A stretch of 36,958 nucleotides of DNA from an uncultured Alphaproteobacteria bacterium (GCA_937900435.1 CALCEG010000006.1:1-36958); one strand, 5' to 3'; positions 1-6,992 are shown, numbered from the stretch's first letter. A program made the numbers and translations. The notes: a model not told the origin generated them from the sequence alone.

Positions 1-33
1 TGGCGCGGGCGATGGTTCCACAACCTTTAATTT
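1..33 (+). repeat. IR-L: left 33-bp inverted repeat of the putative invertible tail-fibre segment (also present as 36904-36936)
   Basis: TGGCGCGGGCGATGGTTCCACAACCTTTAATTT is the exact reverse complement of 701-733. The match extends to 38 bp with one mismatch. It encodes GAGDGSTTFNL of the tail-collar motif. Confidence 0.95.
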
Positions 34-55
34 ACCGAATAAATCCCCAGAAAGA
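1..55. repeat. Window-end overlap, copy 1 (identical to 36904-36958); seam of a circular assembly of about 36,903 bp
   Basis: The 55-mer tggcgcgggcgatggttccacaacctttaatttaccgaataaatccccagaaaga is at both window ends. It lies inside one uninterrupted reading frame (tail fibre), so it behaves as a k-mer-sized assembly overlap, not a biological terminal repeat. Confidence 0.95.
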
Positions 56-430
56 ACAATTATCGAAACACAAGAGCCAACAGCAGAAAACAATTATACT
101 TGGTATCGTTTGTATAGTGATGGTTGGGTTGAACAAGGTGGTATACAAACAGGCGTAGGAAGTTATGGAAGAGTAGCTATAATATTACCGGTCACAATGG
201 TAGATAATAACTATCAAGTGTTTGCCGGTATGCGAGATTTGGGGAATAGTTGGTATACAAATAACTCAAATTTTGTATCGCTTGCAGGCGGAACCGATGT
301 CGCAGGAACGGTGTCCGATGCCTCGGCAACAGGCTTTCAAGTTCAAAAGCAATCGCTTCATACTTGGTATGTATGCGGAAAATCAGCACGCGGTGCTTCA
401 CAACAGGGGATTATTTGTATTAAATATTAG
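2..430 (+). CDS. Tail fibre, 3' part (continuation of 35561..36958 across the seam): end of the collar motif plus the currently expressed tip V1
   Basis: The frame of bases 2,5,8... is open from the window start to TAG 428-430 and is in phase with the ORF that runs off the window end. The tip contains Y-x-x-Y-S-D-G-W-V-E-Q-G-G ... P-V-T-M ... T-G-F ... W-Y-V-C-G-K, resembling common phage fibre C-terminal tip domains. Confidence 0.9.
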   Translation, partial: GAGDGSTTFNLPNKSPERTIIETQEPTAENNYTWYRLYSDGWVEQGGIQTGVGSYGRVAIILPVTMVDNNYQVFAGMRDLGNSWYTNNSNFVSLAGGTDVAGTVSDASATGFQVQKQSLHTWYVCGKSARGASQQGIICIKY

Positions 431-700
431 TATTTGATACATACGATAGCCTGTGCACCTGTTGCTTGGGTTAAATCGACATATAAATTAGATGGGTAGT
501 AATAGTTTCCCGGTTCTGCAACAGTGCCACCAATTCCATAAACTTTTGTCGAACCATAAACAGCCAATAACGTTTTGCTTGGCGCGCCCCCATTGTTTGC
601 TTTCAACATATGTAATGGCTCTCGAACGCCAGTAAATGTATCGTTCGAGCTAGTTTTAACCGCTGCTATTGTTCCAAGCGGTAAAACAGATTGTGTCGGC
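34..700. other. Putative invertible segment (667 bp) carrying two convergent tail-fibre tips, V1 (+) and V2 (-)
   Basis: Bounded by the perfect IRs 1-33 and 701-733. Both IR copies are in frame with a downstream tip-coding segment. The two tips meet stop-to-stop at 427-430. Confidence 0.6.
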
Positions 701-733
701 AAATTAAAGGTTGTGGAACCATCGCCCGCGCCA
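427..733 (-). other. Silent alternative tail-fibre tip cassette V2 (no start codon, RBS or promoter of its own)
   Basis: The minus-strand frame reads GAGDGSTTFNLPTQSVLPLG...AQAIVCIKY-stop, starting exactly at IR-R. The 61 codons upstream in the track ORF (to 915) are AT-rich junk and overlap the start of gene 907 on the other strand. Confidence 0.75.
701..733 (-). repeat. IR-R: right 33-bp inverted repeat of the putative invertible segment
   Basis: aaattaaaggttgtggaaccatcgcccgcgcca is the reverse complement of bases 1-33. Confidence 0.95.
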
Positions 734-906
734 ACTACAAAAAAACTATTGATTTTTCTACTGTTATTATAAATAATATAAATGTTAAAAAAGGATTTTT
801 TTATGTTATTTGAAAAAACTAAACTTTTCGTAAAAACGACACTTGTAAAATCGCAAGCGTTGTTTGTAAAACAGCCCCAAATAACAAAATAACAAAAGAG
901 GTCAAT

Positions 907-1485
907 ATGTCGCACAAACTAGAACTTGATACATTATATAAAATCGTTGCCATCGACAGGATTGCACCCCAGGGTGGAATCGAAATTATATCTGCAAAAA
1001 AGGACGTAACGATTCGTGCAACCACAGACAGCCATTTTAGCGGAACATATAGCGATTTACCATCTGTTATTACAGACGCAGCACAGGGCGATTTTTATAA
1101 ATCAGACGTATTATCGGTAATTAAATATATTTCTGTATCTTGTGCAGACACAGACGCAGAAATTATTTTATCTGGTTGCTCTGTAAAAGATATGAATCTA
1201 ACCGCAACGGTGGTATTTACACCAAATACGATTTCTTGCTCTGGTAATGATTTTATAAGCACAATGTTAGATTTATTCCCAGGTATCGAATTAAAACGTA
1301 TCGCAGAGGGGACGATGGAATACTTGGAAGCAGGCGATTTATGGAAAATGATTATATGCGATATGAACGGTAAAACGCTTGGAACATACCAACAATATAC
1401 GGCTGATTGGGAAAGCAAAGGATTTACATTTACAGGAACACCACACGATGGCGACATAGTGGCGTTTGAATGCAACATAAAGTAA
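907..1485 (+). CDS. Hypothetical 192-aa protein flanking the invertible segment (possible fibre accessory protein; function unknown)
   Basis: ORF track. AAGAGG lies 6 nt upstream of the ATG. No motif recognised; in particular there is no serine-recombinase N-terminus. Confidence 0.75.
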   Translation: MSHKLELDTLYKIVAIDRIAPQGGIEIISAKKDVTIRATTDSHFSGTYSDLPSVITDAAQGDFYKSDVLSVIKYISVSCADTDAEIILSGCSVKDMNLTATVVFTPNTISCSGNDFISTMLDLFPGIELKRIAEGTMEYLEAGDLWKMIICDMNGKTLGTYQQYTADWESKGFTFTGTPHDGDIVAFECNIK

Positions 1486-1507
1486 CCACTAACAAAGGAG
1501 TAAAAAA

Positions 1508-1540
1508 ATGCCTTGTAAAGGAAAAGGAAAGAAAAAATAA
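1508..1540 (+). CDS. Candidate 10-codon mini-ORF MPCKGKGKKK
   Basis: AAGGAG (1495-1500) sits 7 nt upstream of ATG 1508. The ORF lies between gene 907-1485 and the terminator at 1604. It is too short for any statistical support. Confidence 0.25.
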   Translation: MPCKGKGKKK

Positions 1541-1569
1541 TTGACAATTAAATCCTAAATTGTAACAAT
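1541..1569 (+). promoter_or_regulatory. Promoter-like boxes TTGACA-17-AACAAT
   Basis: Perfect -35 at 1541-1546 and a 4/6 match to -10 at 1564-1569. Any transcript would meet the terminator at 1604-1635 after about 60 nt. Confidence 0.25.
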
Positions 1570-1603
1570 TATATTACCTGTTTTTTGTGAACAGAATCCC
1601 TCC

Positions 1604-1635
1604 GACCTGAATTTTAATAGTTCAGGTCTTTTTTT
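1604..1635 (+). terminator. Rho-independent terminator
   Basis: Stem GACCTGAA (1604-1611) / TTCAGGTC (1621-1628), 9-nt loop, then a T7 run (1629-1635). Confidence 0.8.
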
Positions 1636-1648
1636 AACAAAAAAAATC

Positions 1649-1681
1649 TTGACATAAATATTTGATATATGTGATCATAAT
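1649..1681 (+). promoter_or_regulatory. Possible capsid promoter (TTGACA, poorly spaced -10)
   Basis: TTGACA at 1649-1654. The best -10 (CATAAT, 1676-1681) is 21 nt away, which is too far for a canonical promoter. It is followed by a C/A-rich unstructured leader up to the capsid ATG. Confidence 0.25.
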
Positions 1682-1776
1682 AATGACCGGTGCGATGGAC
1701 AATCGAGAGAACCCATCAAACAACACCGACAACACCCCAAACTTTAACTTTAACCATTAAAACAAAAGGACAAAAA

Positions 1777-2682
1777 ATGGACCCAGTAACAACAGGGTTG
1801 TTAAACATAACCCACTTTGTGGCAGAAGTTCAACGTTTATTGCTGAACTCCACACATGGTTTGCGTAACGTTGTCAATAACAAGGGTATCGTTGTCGGTA
1901 ACGAAATCAGATTCCCATTGGTTGACATTGATGGCGAAGCACAACCAATCAACGACGGTGCAGATACCGTTCCAACCGACTTGTATGCAGATACAGCAGT
2001 TGCTAATATCACGTTATTTGAAGCAGCGACAAAATTGAATCGCACTGTTATCAATGCGACCAATTCCGCGGCTCCATTGCGTGCACAAGCAGCGGCAAAA
2101 GTCGTTCACTTTATGGAAAACCGCTTTACACGTTCAATCTTGGACGCGTTGATGCAATATGACGATACAAATATGGAAGTTGGCGATAACGCAACTCCAT
2201 TTACTGTCGACACAATGCACGAAGTTGGTTTATTGGCAGGTAAAAACAACTGGGGCGAAAATGACCGCTACTTGTTGTTGCCACGTGAAGCCGAATTTAC
2301 ATTGAAACAAGACCAAAAATTCTATGAAATCTGGTCTATTTACAATGGCGGAAACGCAGTAAACGGCTTTACAAAACCGAACGATATGGACGACAGCATT
2401 CGTTGGATTCCATACAACGGCTTTATGGTTGCGTTTATGAACACCAAAGACGCTAACAATGCAGTTGGCTTGCCAGTTGCTGTGGACGGTGCTTTGATGG
2501 GCTTTGCGTTCAAGGGCTCTCGTGTTGGCTTTGGTATGAACCAAGCGATGGAAACTCGCATCTTCGAAGACAAGACCAAACAAGGTAACCCAATTATCTT
2601 TAAGACAAATGGTTCTTGCGGTGCTTCAATTATCGACACTCGTGGCGTAATTGGTATCAAAATGGACCCATCTGTTGCCTAA
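1777..2682 (+). CDS. Major capsid protein (301 aa from the internal ATG)
   Basis: ATG 1777 is preceded by ACAAAAGGA with a 6-nt gap. Size, composition, isolation between terminator and hairpin structures, and its position in the structural module all fit a capsid gene. The 29 upstream codons of the track ORF start at GTG with no RBS. Confidence 0.65.
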   Translation: MDPVTTGLLNITHFVAEVQRLLLNSTHGLRNVVNNKGIVVGNEIRFPLVDIDGEAQPINDGADTVPTDLYADTAVANITLFEAATKLNRTVINATNSAAPLRAQAAAKVVHFMENRFTRSILDALMQYDDTNMEVGDNATPFTVDTMHEVGLLAGKNNWGENDRYLLLPREAEFTLKQDQKFYEIWSIYNGGNAVNGFTKPNDMDDSIRWIPYNGFMVAFMNTKDANNAVGLPVAVDGALMGFAFKGSRVGFGMNQAMETRIFEDKTKQGNPIIFKTNGSCGASIIDTRGVIGIKMDPSVA

Positions 2683-2700
2683 CAGATAATGTATAACTCG

Positions 2701-2720
2701 TTCCCAGGGAAACCTGGGGA
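2701..2720 (+). promoter_or_regulatory. Stable GAAA-tetraloop hairpin just 3' of the capsid gene (no U tract)
   Basis: TTCCCAGG-GAAA-CCTGGGGA: 8 bp including one G-U pair. A possible RNA processing or stabilising element. Confidence 0.5.
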
Positions 2721-2741
2721 CATAACTAAAAAGGATTTACT

Positions 2742-2996
2742 ATGGCATACACAGTAAAAAATTTATGTTGCTTTGGCGGTCAGGTCGAATCTGGCAATCC
2801 GAAATTGTGGAAATACACAGTGCCATCTGGCGATACAGTAACCACAGCAGGTTATTTTGACCCTAAATGTGGTTTGGTCGCTGGCGATATTGTGTTGGCT
2901 ATCTCAACAGCATTGGAATTTTTGGTTATTTCCGAAGCCGATGGTGTTTTGACAGCAACAGCAATCGAATTGGCGTCAGACAACATACCGTCCTAA
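2742..2996 (+). CDS. Hypothetical 84-aa protein downstream of capsid (possible head accessory protein)
   Basis: ORF track. AAAGGA lies 6 nt upstream of the ATG. Confidence 0.75.
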   Translation: MAYTVKNLCCFGGQVESGNPKLWKYTVPSGDTVTTAGYFDPKCGLVAGDIVLAISTALEFLVISEADGVLTATAIELASDNIPS

Positions 2997-3001
2997 TAGA
3001 A

Positions 3002-3038
3002 CGATTACCCTGCCCTCTTTTTGAGGGTTGGGCAATCG
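3002..3038 (+). promoter_or_regulatory. Long imperfect hairpin between the capsid operon and the lysis genes
   Basis: Arms cgattaccctgccctc / gagggttgggcaatcg with a TTTTT loop; 13-14 of 16 positions pair. There is no trailing U tract. Confidence 0.45.
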
Positions 3039-3056
3039 GTTGAAAGGGAGGTATGA

Positions 3057-3248
3057 ATGCCAACAGAATATATCGCAGTAGGAATCTCGATTGTTACCAT
3101 TTTAATATCAGTGGGTATTTCATACGGAATTATGAAAGCCAAAATGAATTATATGGAACAGAAACTCGAAAAACACGACAAGGACCACGATTTGCTGGTC
3201 GAAGTCAATACCAAGGTTGATATGTTGTTAGAACGGAGTAAGGAATGA
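3057..3248 (+). CDS. Small membrane protein with one N-terminal TM helix and a charged coiled tail (holin/antiholin-like)
   Basis: GGAGG lies 6 nt upstream of ATG 3057. The TM segment is YIAVGISIVTILISVGISYGIM. It is the first gene of the lysis cluster. Confidence 0.6.
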   Translation: MPTEYIAVGISIVTILISVGISYGIMKAKMNYMEQKLEKHDKDHDLLVEVNTKVDMLLERSKE

Positions 3249-3526
3249 CAAACAAGAAACCTGAATTTTGGTATTCAATGTTACGCGACGACGATGGCGA
3301 TTTTTGCTTGTGTCGTTTTTTACTTTTATTGTCCCCTTTGTTTGGTTTGGCGACTATGTGTATATATTGTTATTTCTTTAAGAACGCAACAACAGAAACG
3401 AATATGTGGGATGCAATTATTGCTTGCTCTGGAATGTTAGGACCCGTAATAACATTCTGTGTTATGAGAATATATGAAAGTCGTGAATGGATTGCAGAAC
3501 AGGCGAAAAAATGGAAAAAATCGTAA
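3245..3526 (+). CDS. Holin candidate (two TM helices, lysine-rich C-terminus)
   Basis: TM segments are FCLCRFLLLLSPLFGLATMCIYCYFF and MWDAIIACSGMLGPVITFCVM. The tail is EQAKKWKKS. It overlaps the upstream gene (ATGA) and lies just upstream of the endolysin. Confidence 0.6.
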   Translation: MTNKKPEFWYSMLRDDDGDFCLCRFLLLLSPLFGLATMCIYCYFFKNATTETNMWDAIIACSGMLGPVITFCVMRIYESREWIAEQAKKWKKS

Positions 3527-3575
3527 TAGCAGATGTGTATTTTTGGATTTTTATAACAGACCAAAAGGTGCCAGT

Positions 3576-3797
3576 ATGATAAAAAAGCCAGTAAAAAAAC
3601 AATTCTTGAAAACTTGGTGTATTGGAAATTTTTACAATTACCAAATATTCGAAGTTGACGCTGGCGGCGAAAAATGGTTGGAAGCAACACCAATAACAAA
3701 AGGCGTAACGCGAACGGCTGAAAATGAAAAAATTCTAAAAATCATACTAGAAAACGATGCTATAAATCTAAATAAATTTTGGGCAAAGGTGCGATAA
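3576..3797 (+). CDS. Hypothetical 73-aa protein
   Basis: Internal ATG of track ORF 3474-3797, preceded by AAGGTG with a 5-nt gap. The upstream part of the track ORF overlaps the holin gene. Confidence 0.5.
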   Translation: MIKKPVKKQFLKTWCIGNFYNYQIFEVDAGGEKWLEATPITKGVTRTAENEKILKIILENDAINLNKFWAKVR

Positions 3798-3798
3798 A

Positions 3799-4233
3799 AT
3801 GACTGGATTTGAAATTGTTAAAAAGTTCGAGGGTTTAAGTTTATCAAGTTATCGTTGTCCTGCTGGCGTATGGACAATAGGGTATGGAAGCACGCGTGAC
3901 AAAAACGGAAACCCAATCAAACCCAATATGAAAATAACCAAAGAACAAGCCGAAGCCCTTTTAATTCGGGATTTCAATGCTTGCAAAGACGAATTGAAAA
4001 AAGATAAAAATTTATCGAAATTATCAGAAAATGCGATTGACGCGTTGACGTCATTATGTTATAACATTGGTATAGGGGCATTCAAGCGTTCAAAGTGTTA
4101 TAAAGCGATTGTTGCGAACGACCTTGAAACCGTCTGCAAAGAGTGGGATTGGTTCAAAGCAAACGGTAAATTTATGAAAGGTTTGGCAAGACGTCGCATA
4201 GCAGAATTGGGAGTGTTTTTAGAAAATGTATAA
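3799..4233 (+). CDS. Endolysin, T4-lysozyme-like muramidase (GH24)
   Basis: FEGLSLSSYRCPAGVWTIGYG gives the E11-x8-C20-x5-T26 catalytic triad spacing of the T4 lysozyme/P21 R family. There is no N-terminal signal-anchor. Confidence 0.85.
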   Translation: MTGFEIVKKFEGLSLSSYRCPAGVWTIGYGSTRDKNGNPIKPNMKITKEQAEALLIRDFNACKDELKKDKNLSKLSENAIDALTSLCYNIGIGAFKRSKCYKAIVANDLETVCKEWDWFKANGKFMKGLARRRIAELGVFLENV

Positions 4234-4570
4234 AATGATTATAGCAATTTTATCAGTATTTATTTTGGCTGGGTGCGGTGCTAAATCGCCAACGCAGTCA
4301 ATCGTTGATTCTGGTGTTGCACAAATCGAACGGTCCCAGGCAATAATTAAAAACACAGAAACATTGGTCCAATGCAAAGAGAACGCAGATAATTCATTAC
4401 AGACCGCCAAGGAATCTTTGGTTGCTGCTGGCGAATCTTGCAAAGCCGAAGTATCGAATCTTGAAAATGATTTAATACGATGGAAAAGTTATTTTGGAGT
4501 TTTGGTATTCGTAATTGGCGCAATAATATACTTTGGAATAATAAATAAATTAAAAAAAGGAATTATATAA
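4226..4570 (+). CDS. Unimolecular spanin (u-spanin) candidate
   Basis: N-terminal lipobox L-A-G-C (Cys17) plus a C-terminal TM helix YFGVLVFVIGAIIYFGII in a 114-aa protein immediately after the endolysin. This is T1 gp11-type architecture. Confidence 0.65.
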   Translation: MYKMIIAILSVFILAGCGAKSPTQSIVDSGVAQIERSQAIIKNTETLVQCKENADNSLQTAKESLVAAGESCKAEVSNLENDLIRWKSYFGVLVFVIGAIIYFGIINKLKKGII

Positions 4571-4586
4571 AGAAAGGAGTTTTGTT

Positions 4587-5135
4587 ATGGCAAAATGGTA
4601 TAAACCAAGCACTTGGATAAATAAAGCCGAAGATGTTGCAAAAAACATAGGAAAAACTGTTGTTGCACCTTTTGAGGGATTGTATCATGCTGGCGAAGCA
4701 GGAGTTCATTTATTAGAGGGCGACCTTAAAGGCGCATCAAAATCGATTGCAAAATCTGTTGGCGATATTAGTTATGCTGGTGTTAGTAGCATAACAGGAG
4801 GTTTAACTCCTAGTGTAGCAGAATTTAGCAAAAACATTGCCTCTGCTGGAACATCTTATGTGTCCGGAAATTTTAATCGTGGAAGTGAATATTTAGAAAA
4901 AGCAACCAGTTGGGACATTGATAATTCTATTGCCGAAGCACAAGAAGCCCAAGCCCAAGCAGAATACCAAAAACAAGTAAATGAAGCAAATGAAATATCT
5001 CAAAGAAATTTGCGCGCCAACCTGTTGTCTTTGCGTAAAAACTTACAAAAAACTTATACAAAATCAACACAAGGCGGTGGTGCTGGATTGATTTCAAATA
5101 ACAATACAGCAACAGGCGGAGTAATCTTGGGTTAA
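4587..5135 (+). CDS. Hypothetical 182-aa protein (Gly/Ser-rich ends, central QAQAE coil)
   Basis: ORF track. AAAGGAG lies upstream of the ATG. Confidence 0.75.
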   Translation: MAKWYKPSTWINKAEDVAKNIGKTVVAPFEGLYHAGEAGVHLLEGDLKGASKSIAKSVGDISYAGVSSITGGLTPSVAEFSKNIASAGTSYVSGNFNRGSEYLEKATSWDIDNSIAEAQEAQAQAEYQKQVNEANEISQRNLRANLLSLRKNLQKTYTKSTQGGGAGLISNNNTATGGVILG

Positions 5136-5150
5136 AAATGGAGTAAGTAT

Positions 5151-6710
5151 ATGCTGAATCAAACAGAATTATCACGTATTCGTGGAAAAGCCAGCACTGA
5201 AAAGCAGGCGTGGAACAGTGAATATTTCGAAGCGATGGCATATACACAGCCAGAACGCAACGAAATATGGCGTGTCAAAGGTGGATTCCCTGGGAATTTG
5301 AAACAAATCCCTTTATTTACGACTGCCGGTAAAATTGGGACAGATGTTTTTGTTGCGCGAATCCAAAACAAATTGACACCATATGAAAAACCATATTTCA
5401 GTTTTAAGCCGAAAGAAAGTTTTGTAAGTGAATATGAAGCCGAGTTGCGTGATTTGTGTGCGCAAATTTCAAGTCGCGTCAATGAACGGAAAAACGAATT
5501 GCGTTTAGACGATACTTTGAACGAGGCGTATTATGATTTGGCGGCGGGAACTGCGGCAATTGTGCGCGAAAACACAATCCATGGTATTCAATTCAAAAAA
5601 CTTCCAATAACCGAATATATGCTTGGAACCGAACAACACCAAACAATATGTCGCACAATTAAAATAGCACCGAATATGGTTGGGGTTTATTTCCCTGAAT
5701 TGCGCGGATTGAAACAAATTGGCGGGCGGGAAACCACAGGACCAAGTTCCAAAGAGGAAATGACCTTAGAGGACACACTGTATTACAACGAACAGACGGC
5801 GCGTTGGGAATATTACCTGCAATGCAACAGCAATATTATTTTGACACGCGACTATGGTAAGCGTTGCCCTGTTCATATATTCCACTGGACACGCGCATCT
5901 GATATGCCTTATGGGACTGGTGTTGCTATGAAAGCAAAACCTGCAATTAAAAGATTAAATTCATACGTGAAATGCAAATTGGAACTGATACCGTTTGCGT
6001 TCCCAATGTTTTTATCGACAGCAGGTAATTTCTTGGACCGCAACGTCAATTTCAAGCCAGGCGGACGTATGTTTGTGCGTGATATTCAAGGCGTTCAACC
6101 AGTTCAATTATCGCAGGCAAAGAATGATTTTATATTGGAAATTCAGTCAGAGGAATTGGCAATCAAACAGATTATGCTTGATTATACATTGCCAACAGAC
6201 CCAAGACAAATGACCGCAGCCGAAGTTTATGCGCGTTCTAACCCACAAGACGAAATGGTATCAATTGCAGTTGCTAAAATGACTGCAACGATTCGTGAAA
6301 TTGGGTGGGATTTGTTTGATGATGTTTATGCGCGCGAATTAGCCGGTATTACTGATATATCTTTGGAGCAGTTGCACGAAATCTTGGAATGCGAAGTGAA
6401 TAACGACGCACAAATGGACACACAAGCCATCAACAAGATATTGCAGTATATTCAAACAGTCGGTATGTTTGACCCACAGGCAATATATCAGTCATTAAAT
6501 CGTGGTCGCACGCTTGAAAAACTTGAAAAGGCTTATAACTTGCCAATAGAAATCACGCGCACATCACAAGAAATTGACGATGCAGCGAACGAATCGGCAC
6601 AAGCGCAAGCACAAGCCCAAAACGACGCTATGCAAGCGCAAATGATGGTCGACCAAAACAAAGAACAAGCCAAAGCGGCAGCACAAATTGAAATAAACGA
6701 TAACAAATAA
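5151..6710 (+). CDS. Portal (podovirus head-to-tail connector type)
   Basis: 519 aa. Its overall layout and segments such as PYGTG and RQMTAAEVYARS parallel T7 gp8 (SYGRS, ERVTAEEIRYVAS), with a Q/A-rich C-terminus. It lies upstream of adaptor- and nozzle-like genes. Confidence 0.7.
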   Translation: MLNQTELSRIRGKASTEKQAWNSEYFEAMAYTQPERNEIWRVKGGFPGNLKQIPLFTTAGKIGTDVFVARIQNKLTPYEKPYFSFKPKESFVSEYEAELRDLCAQISSRVNERKNELRLDDTLNEAYYDLAAGTAAIVRENTIHGIQFKKLPITEYMLGTEQHQTICRTIKIAPNMVGVYFPELRGLKQIGGRETTGPSSKEEMTLEDTLYYNEQTARWEYYLQCNSNIILTRDYGKRCPVHIFHWTRASDMPYGTGVAMKAKPAIKRLNSYVKCKLELIPFAFPMFLSTAGNFLDRNVNFKPGGRMFVRDIQGVQPVQLSQAKNDFILEIQSEELAIKQIMLDYTLPTDPRQMTAAEVYARSNPQDEMVSIAVAKMTATIREIGWDLFDDVYARELAGITDISLEQLHEILECEVNNDAQMDTQAINKILQYIQTVGMFDPQAIYQSLNRGRTLEKLEKAYNLPIEITRTSQEIDDAANESAQAQAQAQNDAMQAQMMVDQNKEQAKAAAQIEINDNK

Positions 6711-6725
6711 CCAATGGAGGCAAAT

Positions 6726-6983
6726 ATGGAAAAAGAAGTTATGAACGTATCACGGATTCCAACGCCGCGCGAATTAAAACCTAATTACTGGGGTGCTGAA
6801 AAAATCGCTGGTGTGATTAAAAAAGAATCCGAAGTTTTAGAGGACGTTATGGAATGTTTGAGTTGTATGGACAGACAAGAGGACGCTGGCACTATCAAAC
6901 AAATAAGCGAAATTGCGTCTGGTGTTAAAAGACATATTGAAACATTGCAAACAATTATGAAAGCATACGATGGAATAAAATAA
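6726..6983 (+). CDS. Hypothetical 85-aa protein (alternative start 6714)
   Basis: GGAGG (6716-6720) lies 5 nt upstream of ATG 6726, and the track ORF starts at 6714. Confidence 0.7.
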   Translation: MEKEVMNVSRIPTPRELKPNYWGAEKIAGVIKKESEVLEDVMECLSCMDRQEDAGTIKQISEIASGVKRHIETLQTIMKAYDGIK

Positions 6984-6992
6984 GGTGTTAAA

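Noticed and set aside
1-55. The 55-bp terminal redundancy as a biological direct terminal repeat or cos-type end
   Set aside because: It lies in the middle of the tail-fibre reading frame and is exactly one common assembler k-mer long. It is therefore read as a circular-assembly overlap.
1-733. A diversity-generating retroelement (template/variable repeat) as the explanation for the duplicated fibre sequence
   Set aside because: There is no reverse transcriptase. The repeat is inverted, only 33 bp long and perfect, with no adenine-specific mismatches. The flanking tip sequences are unrelated.
734-915. N-terminal 61 codons of the minus-strand track ORF 427..915 (MRHIDLFCYFVIWGC...)
   Set aside because: The stretch is AT-rich and low-complexity, has no RBS, and overlaps the start of gene 907 on the other strand. 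Protein-like sequence begins exactly at the inverted repeat, so only 427-733 is treated as a startless cassette.
907-1485. The 192-aa neighbour of the invertible segment as a Gin/Hin-type invertase (similar size)
   Set aside because: It lacks the N-terminal catalytic Y-x-R-V-S-x-x-x-Q motif and the C-terminal HTH typical of serine invertases. It is kept as an unknown.
1690-1776. GTG-initiated 29-codon extension of the capsid ORF
   Set aside because: There is no RBS at 1690, whereas ATG 1777 has ACAAAAGGA at ideal spacing. The extension is C/A-rich leader sequence.
2640-2740. A T7 gene-10-like programmed frameshift at the end of the capsid gene, suggested by the hairpin right after the stop
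   Set aside because: There is no X-XXY-YYZ slippery heptamer before the stop, and the alternative frames close quickly.
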